A DNA stretch of 57,585 nt from a virus. Within the stretch, counting starts at the first letter, position 1; every line of letters begins with the position of its first letter. The notes under the pieces are model-generated. The model made no database searches, was not told where the DNA came from, and saw only the letters and a program-made list of their open reading frames with translations. The stretch lies in the IMG/VR virus record IMGVR_UViG_3300013099_000003, positions 1 to 57,585 of that record; one strand, 5' to 3'. The translations under genes were made by a program, and so were the position numbers. Shown one piece after another: positions 19,560-28,538 of the stretch.

Positions 19560-19973
19560 TTATTTCCCTGTTGAGCCATACCCATTATCTCCTCTCTCTG
19601 TTCTTCTCAGTTCTTCTACTTCCTCAAAGGTGTGGTGGTTAACACTTACGAATACTATCTGAGCTATCCAATCACCATCCTCAATACGGATGAAGTGCTC
19701 AGGATCATTATTGTAGAGTGTCACATAGATCTCTCCGATGTAATCAGAATCTATCCTACCATATGCTTGTATGCCCTGCTTGGTATTCATCCCGGATCTA
19801 TGAGAGATAGTCCCGGCTTCCCCTCGTGGTACTTCCATATGGATTCCTGTTGGAACCTTAGCATGGCAACCCGGTCTAATGATTAGGGTCTTGGTACTCG
19901 CAAGATCATAACCACATGATCCCTTGGTAGCATGTCGTGGCCTCTTAGCACCCGGCTTAACTATTATCTTCAT
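19560..19973 (-). CDS. dut: dUTP diphosphatase
   Basis: GSCGYDL, RSGMNTKQG, IDSDYIGE, ERGDNGYGSTGK; ATGA overlap with the upstream stop. Confidence 0.9.
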   Translation of the reverse strand: MKIIVKPGAKRPRHATKGSCGYDLASTKTLIIRPGCHAKVPTGIHMEVPRGEAGTISHRSGMNTKQGIQAYGRIDSDYIGEIYVTLYNNDPEHFIRIEDGDWIAQIVFVSVNHHTFEEVEELRRTERGDNGYGSTGK

Positions 19974-20239
19974 ACGATCTCCCAATCATCAGCTAACAGA
20001 TCTGACTGAGATGCTACCCACATCTGGAAGGAACCATCAACACATCTTAGTTGTAGATAAGGTTGTACTGCTACAAGATCTCCATCATGCAACCCATGGA
20101 CTGCTCTCGTCTGCTTGTTAGCTATGATCCCATCAGGGTATCCGGGCTGATAAGCTACATACATTCCCCTCCCATTCCATCCTGCCCTAGCAACGTGGCA
20201 GCCACCCTTAGCCATTTCTATAGCTTCACTTATATCCAT
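19970..20239 (-). CDS. DUF2829-family protein (the family that includes the Thoeris anti-defence protein Tad2)
   Basis: MDISEAIEMAKGGCHVARAGWNGRGMYV...SQSDLLADDWEIV matches the DUF2829 pattern (EA...K.G..V.R.GWNGKG ... D.LAEDW). Confidence 0.65.
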   Translation of the reverse strand: MDISEAIEMAKGGCHVARAGWNGRGMYVAYQPGYPDGIIANKQTRAVHGLHDGDLVAVQPYLQLRCVDGSFQMWVASQSDLLADDWEIV

Positions 20240-20424
20240 TATCTTCTCTGCTCCTTCTCTAAGTTGTATGCTATCTGCTCCTTCAGCTCAGCTCTCCTAG
20301 AATCTGTCAGACCATTATGCAATTCAGCTAGTAACATGAGGAACTCATCCCCGGTCAAGGAGACCACTACGGTCCCTTGACCCGGACCAAATACCTCAAG
20401 TACTGGCTCGTCTCCATGTGTCAC
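20239..20424 (-). CDS. hypothetical protein, 61 aa
   Basis: ORF track. Confidence 0.5.
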   Translation of the reverse strand: MTHGDEPVLEVFGPGQGTVVVSLTGDEFLMLLAELHNGLTDSRRAELKEQIAYNLEKEQRR

Positions 20425-20449
20425 CCTTATAGTTGCGAATGTAGTTGTC

Positions 20450-20896
20450 TTAATGGGACACCTCCAGATATCTTACTGCCTTCATTACAGACTCCGCTGT
20501 ATCTCCTAGTAATCCAATAGCACTATTACATGACCAACACAATAGTCCTCTTACCTTCCCTGTGATATGGTCATGATCTACTGCTAAGGATACTCCTGAA
20601 GGATTCCCACAGATAGCACAGCTCCCTCCTTGTTCTTCAAACATAGTCTCATACTCCTCCAATGTAATCTTATATAATCTCCTGTATCGGAGATCTCTTT
20701 GTGTACGTCTGTAAGAGTCCTTACTTCTCACTGACCTCTCATTGAAGCATATGATACACATGCCTCGCCTACCATCAGGCATCTCCTTCTGCTTGTGGTA
20801 CTCACTAAATATCTTATGTGATCCACAGATATTACAAGTCTTACTTCCCTGCCTAATATCCTCAGCTACTTCTACGGCACTCCTTCGTACCCTCAT
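20450..20896 (-). CDS. recombination endonuclease VII
   Basis: CAICGNPSGVSLAVDHDHITGKVRGLLCWSCNSAIG is the Endonuclease_7 signature. Confidence 0.85.
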   Translation of the reverse strand: MRVRRSAVEVAEDIRQGSKTCNICGSHKIFSEYHKQKEMPDGRRGMCIICFNERSVRSKDSYRRTQRDLRYRRLYKITLEEYETMFEEQGGSCAICGNPSGVSLAVDHDHITGKVRGLLCWSCNSAIGLLGDTAESVMKAVRYLEVSH

Positions 20897-21267
20897 CAGT
20901 ATTCTAACTGAAGCAACAGCTTTGCATAATGAATTACCTTCTCCACATCCTCTCTTCCGTTCTTATTCTCATGACGGCTGATGTACTTCACGATGTTACC
21001 CTCACACCAACCCATCTTATTCCTCTGGATATACTCAGTGGGCTGGATGGCCATACTCTTGTAATGCTGGCCACCTACTTGGTCATCCATTGGATTACCT
21101 AGGACAGCATCGTCCACCCTAGGATCAACATCCTCTTCCCAATGTGTATCTCCCCTGTACCCTACGGCACCACAGGAGGGACACTTAGGTCCCGACACTG
21201 CCATGTTGTAGACATAGTTGCAGTTCTTACATTCTCTATACACTGGATTAATATTAACGAATGTCAT
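20896..21267 (-). CDS. DUF3310-family protein with N-terminal zinc ribbon
   Basis: GGQHYKSMAIQPTEYI...GNIVKYISRHENKNGREDVEKVIHYAKLLL. ATG 21267 has SD gggagg 8 nt upstream. Confidence 0.65.
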   Translation of the reverse strand: MTFVNINPVYRECKNCNYVYNMAVSGPKCPSCGAVGYRGDTHWEEDVDPRVDDAVLGNPMDDQVGGQHYKSMAIQPTEYIQRNKMGWCEGNIVKYISRHENKNGREDVEKVIHYAKLLLQLEY

Positions 21268-22030
21268 CGAAGGTACCTCCCTCACTCAGTAGTTGAGCTA
21301 ATGGTTTGTCTCTAGAGACAGCCTTTGGGACAGTACAACAGGGGCCTACTGATCCATAAGGTAATACACGACTACACTTAGGACATCTATTAGGCTTCAG
21401 GTAGTAATGCCTCACTGCCTCCATGGTATCCTCAGCCATTCCCTCGACCTCATGTTCCTTGAAGGGCTGACGGAACTCACAGGATGCTATGTTCTTATTG
21501 TAGAACTGGTAGTAACCCTCGTCCGTGAGGGCCTCCAGAACATTCTCCTCTACCATCAGGAATATCTCAGATAGGTGCAAGTCTAACTTATCCTTACACA
21601 TCCTCTCGATCTGGAAGTAGAACATGTGGGCACCTTGGGCCTTAACGTCAGCCGTTAAGTCCCTGCTGGAACCACAGTACTCCTTCCATCCTGAGTACTT
21701 CCATGCCTTCTCATCCCACTTAGGACTCTCCAGATCACAGCACTTGTACCCAGCAGGAGGCCCATCCCAATGATAGAACTGTTTACTGCCTATATACATC
21801 TTACCTGTTACCTTATGGGTAATCCGGTAGATGAATCCAAAGTATGGCCCATCAATCAAGCCGTACCAGTGGTGGCCATTCTTAGCTACAGCTAAGGCAT
21901 ACTCTGCTTCCTCCTTAGTATCATACCGACCTACGTTCTTCTTCCTTTGGCCATCCCAATAGTAGGTACGATATCTTCCTGAGGGAGTCAGGTACACACT
22001 CTCAGGGATCTCCTTATTCTTCTTTCTCAT
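21254..22030 (-). CDS. GIY-YIG-type homing-endonuclease-like protein with AP2-like N-terminal domain
   Basis: FIYRITHKVTGKMYIGS (GIY-9aa-YIG spacing). N-terminal SGRYRTYYWDGQRKKNVGRYDTKEEAEYA resembles AP2-type DNA-binding modules. Confidence 0.5.
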   Translation of the reverse strand: MRKKNKEIPESVYLTPSGRYRTYYWDGQRKKNVGRYDTKEEAEYALAVAKNGHHWYGLIDGPYFGFIYRITHKVTGKMYIGSKQFYHWDGPPAGYKCCDLESPKWDEKAWKYSGWKEYCGSSRDLTADVKAQGAHMFYFQIERMCKDKLDLHLSEIFLMVEENVLEALTDEGYYQFYNKNIASCEFRQPFKEHEVEGMAEDTMEAVRHYYLKPNRCPKCSRVLPYGSVGPCCTVPKAVSRDKPLAQLLSEGGTFDDIR

Positions 22031-22325
22031 CTTTCTCCATCCGTATTAAGGCAGTTGTGGCTATTGCCATTACAGTCAGTGTGAACTCATGATAGCTTGT
22101 GGCTGGTACATTAGTACCTGAGCCAGCAGCTAAGGCTATAAGAGTGAAGGCTCCAAAGTAAGCTCCAGCTGCGAAGGCGGGATCATTACTCGCTGCTATT
22201 ACCTCACCACCTACAGGACTTATCTTCTTCATCATTTCAACAATGCGCTGTCCTCTCTCGTCCTTATCAGTGGACTTGAGGATCTCCCTCACCTCATTCT
22301 GCAGATCACCTATGTTCTTATCCAT
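22014..22325 (-). CDS. hypothetical protein, 103 aa, hydrophobic C-terminal half
   Basis: ORF track. Confidence 0.6.
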   Translation of the reverse strand: MDKNIGDLQNEVREILKSTDKDERGQRIVEMMKKISPVGGEVIAASNDPAFAAGAYFGAFTLIALAAGSGTNVPATSYHEFTLTVMAIATTALIRMEKDEKEE

Positions 22326-22758
22326 TCCTCTTCTTTGCTCCTCTCTTAGCCTTTCTCTTATCTATGATCTTACGAGTCTTCTTCAGTTTGATATGGGTAT
22401 ACTCCTTGCCCTTATCTACGATATACTTGTGGATAACTATGGTTACTATCTGCCTATCATTGAACCCATAGTACTCTGAGATACAGTCCTCTATACCTTT
22501 CACGCTATTACTAGCATCACTTAAGGGAGAACTGAAGCCTACCTCCAGCTCCATCACAAGGTTGCCTGTGAGGGACACCGGAGTACTATAGTTATCATCC
22601 AAGAACTGAAGGACTTGCTTCCGATAGTTCTTATATACGTAGGAACGTACCTTCCTTCCGGAGTACAGCTTGTTGGTACTGATAGCCTTGATAGGTATCT
22701 TAAGGTGTAGGCTCCTCTTTACCCTAGTCTTCTTGGGACTTCCATTACCGGTTGGCAT
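22318..22758 (-). CDS. possible RusA-like Holliday-junction resolvase (weak)
   Basis: AISTNKLYSGR...SDASNSVKGIEDCI loosely resembles RusA motifs. Start trimmed to MPTGNGS to limit the overlap. Confidence 0.35.
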   Translation of the reverse strand: MPTGNGSPKKTRVKRSLHLKIPIKAISTNKLYSGRKVRSYVYKNYRKQVLQFLDDNYSTPVSLTGNLVMELEVGFSSPLSDASNSVKGIEDCISEYYGFNDRQIVTIVIHKYIVDKGKEYTHIKLKKTRKIIDKRKAKRGAKKRNG

Positions 22759-23638
22759 GATCCTCCTGTGTAGGTGCTTCCCATCCATCATCCTCTGAAC
22801 GGAGTAGGTAAAGTAGTCTCGCATGAACCCTTACGGTAGCAATCATACGGCTCTGGAAATCCTCTTGGGTTTCCCCTTCCTCTGGCTTATGTCTCTGTAG
22901 GTACTCCTTCAGTACCACACAGTACATCATGAAGGGGCTATGAACATCCTTCAGTAACTTCTTAGCAGTAACTGCCCCAACCCCTTTGATTCCGGGGATA
23001 CCATCCGTAGCATCTCCTGTTAACATCTGGCTATATAGACTCCTATTTCCCTGCTCCTCAGTCACCTCCGAGAAGATCTTCTTGACAAAGTTGAAGTGGT
23101 GCCCGGGAACTTGGAGGAGATCCTTATCAATCGAACAGATCACGGTATCCTCTCCTTGGCCCATAGCCATCATGTCGTCAGCTTCGAGGAGACCGGGCTT
23201 ACTCTTGGCACCATACTTACTCACTAGGTAATCCTTCATGGCATTAAGGTGGTGAGGTCTCCGAAGATCCTTCCGGTTACTCTTGTATTCAGGGAACTCT
23301 TGCTCCCGGAAAGAACCCTCTATACTTAGGAAGAACTGTAGGGATATCTTACATCCATAGTGTTCCTCACAATCCATCTTGATACCATGCACTATCTTAG
23401 TGATTAAGTACTTAGCATTCTTCTCAGGCTCTGGGTCAAACTCTAGATCTAAGGTACAGGGAAAACCCTCCGTCTCTAGAGACTTCTTCAGGATGTCTGC
23501 ATCCTTCTTATACTCTTCAAAGAGGGTGACTGCTTGGCCCTCTCTCATATACCTAAGAGCATACTGCCTTCCATCACAGACAGCAGCAGCTCTATAGGCT
23601 ACGATGTCTCCATCTATCAGGAGAACCTTAGAAGTCAT
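22745..23638 (-). CDS. 5'-3' exonuclease / flap endonuclease (T7 gp6 / PolI 5' nuclease family)
   Basis: LLIDGDIVAYRAA, EADDMMA, SIDKDLLQV, TGDATDGIPGIKGVGAVTAKKLL. Confidence 0.85.
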   Translation of the reverse strand: MTSKVLLIDGDIVAYRAAAVCDGRQYALRYMREGQAVTLFEEYKKDADILKKSLETEGFPCTLDLEFDPEPEKNAKYLITKIVHGIKMDCEEHYGCKISLQFFLSIEGSFREQEFPEYKSNRKDLRRPHHLNAMKDYLVSKYGAKSKPGLLEADDMMAMGQGEDTVICSIDKDLLQVPGHHFNFVKKIFSEVTEEQGNRSLYSQMLTGDATDGIPGIKGVGAVTAKKLLKDVHSPFMMYCVVLKEYLQRHKPEEGETQEDFQSRMIATVRVHARLLYLLRSEDDGWEAPTQEDHANR

Positions 23639-24125
23639 TGGTGTCTCCAGAGACATCATCAAATCCACCGAACTCTACTCCATCAACCACCTGAACTCCG
23701 TCGAGGTATGCTGAGAGAATCCATGTGCCCTTGATGGGCCATGCCTTAGCACTCAGATTCAGGTTGCAAATAGAACCATTACCTATTTGCTCAGTGTGGG
23801 GAGTCCGACCATCTGCCCCGACTACCTGAGGTGGCTTGTTCTCTACACCTTTAGCAGTCCGTACCTTCTTTGTGACCTTGAAGAGATTCTTAATTACTGT
23901 GCCATCCTTCAGAGTCTTATCATTCACAGCGAACCCAAGCTTCTTCAGCTCACCAGCTAAGCCATCCTCAAGATGACAATCAACTGACCACTTATGTTCA
24001 AACTTAGTATCTGGCTCATGAACCTTAGCCCAGAAGACCTTGATGTTAGTCAGCTTGAACTTCACGTAACCATCAGCATACTTCTGATCAATGTTGATAC
24101 CATCTTTAGTTAAATTCTCAGCCAT
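23628..24125 (-). CDS. ssDNA-binding protein, T7 gp2.5-like
   Basis: Size, position between polymerase and nuclease genes, and an acidic C-terminal tail ending in Phe (GGFDDVSGDTNDF), as in gp2.5. Confidence 0.6.
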   Translation of the reverse strand: MAENLTKDGINIDQKYADGYVKFKLTNIKVFWAKVHEPDTKFEHKWSVDCHLEDGLAGELKKLGFAVNDKTLKDGTVIKNLFKVTKKVRTAKGVENKPPQVVGADGRTPHTEQIGNGSICNLNLSAKAWPIKGTWILSAYLDGVQVVDGVEFGGFDDVSGDTNDF

Positions 24126-24175
24126 CTTTACTTCTCCTTTAAATAAGTTTAGCCCTTTTACTTAGGCCATAGTAA

Positions 24176-24204
24176 GTTATACCAACTCAGGTCCTACTTG
24201 TCAA
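24176..24204 (-). promoter_or_regulatory. sigma-70-type promoter upstream of the SSB gene
   Basis: Minus strand reads ggggTTGACA-17 nt-TATAAC with TGg extended -10. It is nearly identical to the promoter at 41564..41592. Confidence 0.6.
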
Positions 24205-24412
24205 CCCCTTCAGACTTCTGCTCCTCCGCTTCCTCCTTTAGTTTCTCCATCTTAGCTTTTATCCTTTCCTTAGCTGCCTCTAAGGCAGCATCAGTTGTTA
24301 CCTTATCCCTTACTTTATTCTTTACCTTAGTATGTACTGGTGAATCTAAGATAGCATCCCTTAGCATCCACCCAGCTATACCACAGAGTATTAATGATAA
24401 CCATATACCCAT
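24194..24412 (-). CDS. small membrane protein, 72 aa
   Basis: N-terminal TM helix MGIWLSLILCGIAGWML followed by a charged helix. Confidence 0.6.
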   Translation of the reverse strand: MGIWLSLILCGIAGWMLRDAILDSPVHTKVKNKVRDKVTTDAALEAAKERIKAKMEKLKEEAEEQKSEGVDK

Positions 24413-24576
24413 TAGATTCCTTCCTCCCTTACCTCAATTAACTGAAAGATGAAGAGGATTTCCTGACGACACTCCTCACACTTACAGTAGTCATGTCTCT
24501 TATCATCCTCTGTAGATAAGTTCCCATAATAATCAAAGGGGCCTGTTGACCCACACTTAGGACACTTGTATTTCAT
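24412..24576 (-). CDS. zinc-ribbon mini-protein, 54 aa (below the ORF-track cutoff)
   Basis: My own translation: MKYKCPKCGSTGPFDYYGNLSTEDDKRHDYCKCEECRQEILFIFQLIEVREEGI. TAATG overlaps at both ends. Confidence 0.6.
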   Translation of the reverse strand: MKYKCPKCGSTGPFDYYGNLSTEDDKRHDYCKCEECRQEILFIFQLIEVREEGI

Positions 24577-24770
24577 TAGGTCTCCTGTATCTTAATTACT
24601 TGATCATGGAATTGATAAGTCACCTTCTTTCCATAGCTTATTGTCACCTTCTTTGGAGAGATCTTAGTGATTACTCCCTTAAGAAGTCCACGGTAGCTTA
24701 CCTCCATGAATACTATTGCATCTCCGACCTTACATGTCTTACCTAAGAAGTCTTTCATTCCTTCTCCCAT
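24576..24770 (-). CDS. hypothetical protein, 64 aa
   Basis: ORF track. Confidence 0.6.
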   Translation of the reverse strand: MGEGMKDFLGKTCKVGDAIVFMEVSYRGLLKGVITKISPKKVTISYGKKVTYQFHDQVIKIQET

Positions 24771-24937
24771 CTCTGGTTAAGACCACAGCCACCCATAGAT
24801 ACCATACCACATACCTCAAGATCCTCATGGATACACCCCTTACATGCTTCCTCATCTTTAGGTACATCCACTAAGATGTACCCCTCTCTAGTACCAACGA
24901 ACTTCTCCATCCTCTCTACCTTCTCACCCTTATTCAT
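24755..24937 (-). CDS. hypothetical Cys-containing protein, 60 aa
   Basis: ORF track. Confidence 0.55.
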   Translation of the reverse strand: MNKGEKVERMEKFVGTREGYILVDVPKDEEACKGCIHEDLEVCGMVSMGGCGLNQRWEKE

Positions 24938-25412
24938 ACTTAACCCTCACCTTTAGTAATAGTTTAGAGGCTCTCTGTCTACTGATACCTACCTCAACTG
25001 CTGCCTCAGATTGGGTATAGCCTTGCATCATACACCCAATGAGGTCTCTCGTAGTTCCTTCCTCACCCTCCAGCATCCTCTCCATATCCAGTCGAGCATC
25101 TACTGCTGCCTCATGACTCTCATGGGAAGCCTCAAGGTATACGGCATGATCCCTCATGCCATTCATATTGTATTCCTTCAGTACTACTCTCTGGATATAG
25201 TGTTGCAATCTTCCGAGGATTCTTCCGTACAGGTAGGTACTTAAGGAAGCTCCCCTCTTTCCATCATACTTATCTATGTCCTCCGTTATGATCAGCCATG
25301 CTTGTGATTCAAGATCATCCCACTCTACATTAGGGTACTGTTTGTATAACCTAGCTACAACACCACTAATTAACCTCTCATAATCTTTATGTCTCAATGT
25401 GTGTCTCCCCAA
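24930..25412 (-). CDS. sigma-70-family (ECF-sized) RNA polymerase sigma factor
   Basis: Region 2-like DDLESQAWLIITEDIDKYD...YLYGRI and region 4 HTH YTQSEAAVEVGISRQRASKLL. Confidence 0.75.
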   Translation of the reverse strand: MGRHTLRHKDYERLISGVVARLYKQYPNVEWDDLESQAWLIITEDIDKYDGKRGASLSTYLYGRILGRLQHYIQRVVLKEYNMNGMRDHAVYLEASHESHEAAVDARLDMERMLEGEEGTTRDLIGCMMQGYTQSEAAVEVGISRQRASKLLLKVRVKYE

Positions 25413-27367
25413 TTCTCCCCAATCTTAGCCTCAGCCTCAATGGGTACGAGTATTCCTAATTGCTTACCTATATCTAAGGCAGCACCCTCACATTCACTGG
25501 CCCAGTTCACTGCTACGTAGTAAGCTAGATAACCATCAGCAGGCCCCACCTCAAACTGTAGCTCATCATGGTACGCTATAACCTGTTGGATATTACTATA
25601 CTCCAGACATGCTGCCTTCTTGGCAGCTATGAGTACCATCCACTTCTTAAAGACATAAGCAGCAGATGCTTGTAGCAGACTATTGAGTAACTTATTGGTT
25701 CCCCTTATGTATAAGGGACGACCATCTATACCCTTAACGTGTCCACCATTCCTAGCTAAGCCTGTCTCAAGATCATCAATGAGTTCCTTGATACCAGGAT
25801 GAGCTGAGAAGAAAGCCTTCTTCAACTTGGCTCCCATCTTCTCATCCTTACCTAAGGTATTCGCTAACTTCTTAGCTCCGGCCCCATACAGTAGAGCATA
25901 GAGACCATTCTTTGCGATGTCTCTAGAGACTCCCCACTGCTTAGCGTTATAGCTATGGAAATCATTAGTCTTATCCGGGCTCAGTATGAGATCCGCAGTC
26001 TTCTGTGCACTTAAGTACTTACCACGGAGGAGGAAGTGGGCAAGCATACGGGCCTCAATGCCTGAGAGGTCTACACCTACTAGGAGTCTACCCTCTGGTA
26101 CACAGAAGAGGCTCCTGATCTGCTTACCGTATGCAGAGGAAGGTCTCGGTATATTACATACGACTCCCTTGTGTCTATACCGTGAGGTCGGAGTACCACA
26201 AGTGAATCCATCAGCAGTGACCCGACCATCCCCTCTCTCAGCTACAGCAACCAAGGCACCCTTCTTCTCCCCTTGCTTATTCACATTGTATATCGTCCGT
26301 CTCCTATGGGTCATCATGTAGTACTCAGCTATAGTCTTACCGAGACCTTCAGGCAGGGTATGGTAGCTATCCTCTGTTAGCTTAGGACTCGTAGGGATCA
26401 ACTGATTGTTGTGATCCTTCATGAAGCCACCACCCTTATCCTTCTTGAAGTTCCATTCGGTAGGCTTCCATCCTAAAGAGAGGAGGAACTTCTTGACCTC
26501 ATCATTACTATCTATATTGAAGTCCCGTACCTCTATCTTAGTGTATGGCCCCCGAACTCTTCTGTAATTCTCCACCATCACCTTCCGGTTATTCTCATAC
26601 ATACCGGGGAAGTATTTCATAGTAGCAACAGAGTAGTTTCCATCCTTCTTATAGGGCTTCACTGTCCCCTTAGGTATGAACCCCTCATCCACATCAATCT
26701 TCCTGTATTGCCTCTCAGCTACCTGCCTACTCTTCGGTATATTAGGGAGGAAGGTATACTTAGGTGCATCCCTTGTTATAGTCTCACGGCCAACCTCTAG
26801 CTTCTCATCCAGTTCCTTCATCAATGCTAAGGCACCTACTACATCATACTTAACTCCCACCATAGTCTGTTGGACATGGATCATGGCTACTGACTGCTCA
26901 ACTGCTAGGGCCTCATTAATCATACCTGACTGGGGACATTGGCATAACTTCTGGTATACCTCATGTGTCAACACCACATCCTCACGACACCTTATAGCCA
27001 TCTGTTCGGAGTACTTAGTCCAATCATCATGCTCTACTTTGATACCCTTAAGCTCGCTCTGCCAATCTTTAAGTGACTTAATGCCATCCTCAGGATACAG
27101 TATGCAACCCATCAGCAACGTGTCTATCAGCTCAGCATCAGTATTCCAACTCTCATACAGTAGCTTAATGGCTGGGATATCGAACCCACATATGTTATGA
27201 CCTATGAGTACATCAGCCTGAGCTAGTTTCCAGAGACCCCGATTAACCATACCGGGATTATAGTGGATCATCTTATCTTGATCTATATCATACACATGGA
27301 TACAGTGGATCTTAGTGATGGTATCTAAGAGCCCATCAGTCTCTATGTCGAACACTAATCTACTCAC
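25394..27367 (-). CDS. family A DNA polymerase with 3'-5' exonuclease domain (T7 gp5-like)
   Basis: Exo motifs FDIETDG and HNICGFDIP; Pol motif A VGVDLSGIEARML; motif B RDIAKNGLYALLYGAG; motif C AYHDELQFE. Confidence 0.92.
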   Translation of the reverse strand: MSRLVFDIETDGLLDTITKIHCIHVYDIDQDKMIHYNPGMVNRGLWKLAQADVLIGHNICGFDIPAIKLLYESWNTDAELIDTLLMGCILYPEDGIKSLKDWQSELKGIKVEHDDWTKYSEQMAIRCREDVVLTHEVYQKLCQCPQSGMINEALAVEQSVAMIHVQQTMVGVKYDVVGALALMKELDEKLEVGRETITRDAPKYTFLPNIPKSRQVAERQYRKIDVDEGFIPKGTVKPYKKDGNYSVATMKYFPGMYENNRKVMVENYRRVRGPYTKIEVRDFNIDSNDEVKKFLLSLGWKPTEWNFKKDKGGGFMKDHNNQLIPTSPKLTEDSYHTLPEGLGKTIAEYYMMTHRRRTIYNVNKQGEKKGALVAVAERGDGRVTADGFTCGTPTSRYRHKGVVCNIPRPSSAYGKQIRSLFCVPEGRLLVGVDLSGIEARMLAHFLLRGKYLSAQKTADLILSPDKTNDFHSYNAKQWGVSRDIAKNGLYALLYGAGAKKLANTLGKDEKMGAKLKKAFFSAHPGIKELIDDLETGLARNGGHVKGIDGRPLYIRGTNKLLNSLLQASAAYVFKKWMVLIAAKKAACLEYSNIQQVIAYHDELQFEVGPADGYLAYYVAVNWASECEGAALDIGKQLGILVPIEAEAKIGENWGDTH

Positions 27368-27549
27368 TTGATTTCCTCCCAGCTTGCCTTACTAGATGCT
27401 AAGAACTTGCCTAACGTAGTACTGCCGGGACACCATCCATCAGGTGCACATCCCGGCCTATTCAAATCACACTCTGTGCACCCTACTGTGGGTACAAGGG
27501 CATACATCTTCCCAGCCCTCTTCATGATCATCTTATCGTCCCACTTCAT
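27364..27549 (-). CDS. Cys-rich mini-protein, 61 aa
   Basis: The tracked ORF is trimmed to the ATG forming an ATGA overlap with the upstream stop. Sequence MKWDDKMIMKRAGKMYALVPTVGCTECDLNRPGCAPDGWCPG. Confidence 0.5.
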   Translation of the reverse strand: MKWDDKMIMKRAGKMYALVPTVGCTECDLNRPGCAPDGWCPGSTTLGKFLASSKASWEEIK

Positions 27550-28241
27550 AACCAAGTCCACCATCTGTGTCCATGCCCCGGATAATCCAAGGAGATAACT
27601 GTTGTGTCTCCAGAGACACACTCAGAAGAGGAGTGCCAATGACCATGGAATAAGTGAGTAGGCTTATGATGATCCATTATCTTTCTAAGCATCAAAGTGG
27701 TGGGATCATTGGCCTTCGAGGCAGACGCATACTCCTTAGGGAATGCTCCGTTGGGGCACGTATGGCTTATGATGATGTCTACCTTATCTACATCCATAGC
27801 TCTATCGAACTCAGCATAGTTTGGTATCTCCCTATGGAACCAATCGAATCCCGGTGTTCTCATGGCCCTATCTACGGACTCTGCACCTCCAAAGAATAAG
27901 ATGCGACGACCATCCTTCAGGGTATGTACTGAACCCCTCGGTTGATAGATGACATTCTCATAGCACCATACAGAATCCTTAGCCTGTCTCCCAAGACTAT
28001 CCAGATCCTCATGATCCTCATGATTGCCATCACACCACCTTATGATAGAGGAGCCCGGCTTGAGTCCATGGAGCTTCCATGACTTCTGACCATAGAGAAC
28101 ATTAGATCTAACCTCCATCTTAGGCCACCACCCAAAGTCTCCACACTGTAACACTAAGTCCGGTCTCTTCTTAGTGATTAGCTGGTTGAGTCGTCCCCAA
28201 TCTCCATGGAGATCTCCAACGATTAGTACTTTCTCATACAT
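27546..28241 (-). CDS. calcineurin-like metallophosphoesterase
   Basis: VGDLHGDW, CGDFGWW, GNHEDHE, HGHWH. Confidence 0.8.
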   Translation of the reverse strand: MYEKVLIVGDLHGDWGRLNQLITKKRPDLVLQCGDFGWWPKMEVRSNVLYGQKSWKLHGLKPGSSIIRWCDGNHEDHEDLDSLGRQAKDSVWCYENVIYQPRGSVHTLKDGRRILFFGGAESVDRAMRTPGFDWFHREIPNYAEFDRAMDVDKVDIIISHTCPNGAFPKEYASASKANDPTTLMLRKIMDHHKPTHLFHGHWHSSSECVSGDTTVISLDYPGHGHRWWTWL

Positions 28242-28510
28242 CAGTCCTCCTCCTCCTTATTACTTAGGACTATAACATCAGTCTCTGGTAAGTATGTCCA
28301 CATGCTATCCCCTGCATCCGCCCAAGTATCAGTGAAGTGGCCTATAGTATAGTCAGCAGAATCTATGGTACCTGTCACTGTGACTCCCCTACCGGTGGAT
28401 ATGAAGAGTACAATCATCTCATCAGGAGTCCCAATCTTATGCACCATGAGTACTGGGTACTGACCATTCCACTTCCCTTCCCTCTCCGTTGAAATCCTCT
28501 CAGCCTTCAT
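28241..28510 (-). CDS. hypothetical protein, 89 aa
   Basis: ORF track. Confidence 0.6.
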   Translation of the reverse strand: MKAERISTEREGKWNGQYPVLMVHKIGTPDEMIVLFISTGRGVTVTGTIDSADYTIGHFTDTWADAGDSMWTYLPETDVIVLSNKEEED

Positions 28511-28538
28511 ATTAACTCCTTATCAAATTCATAACTCA

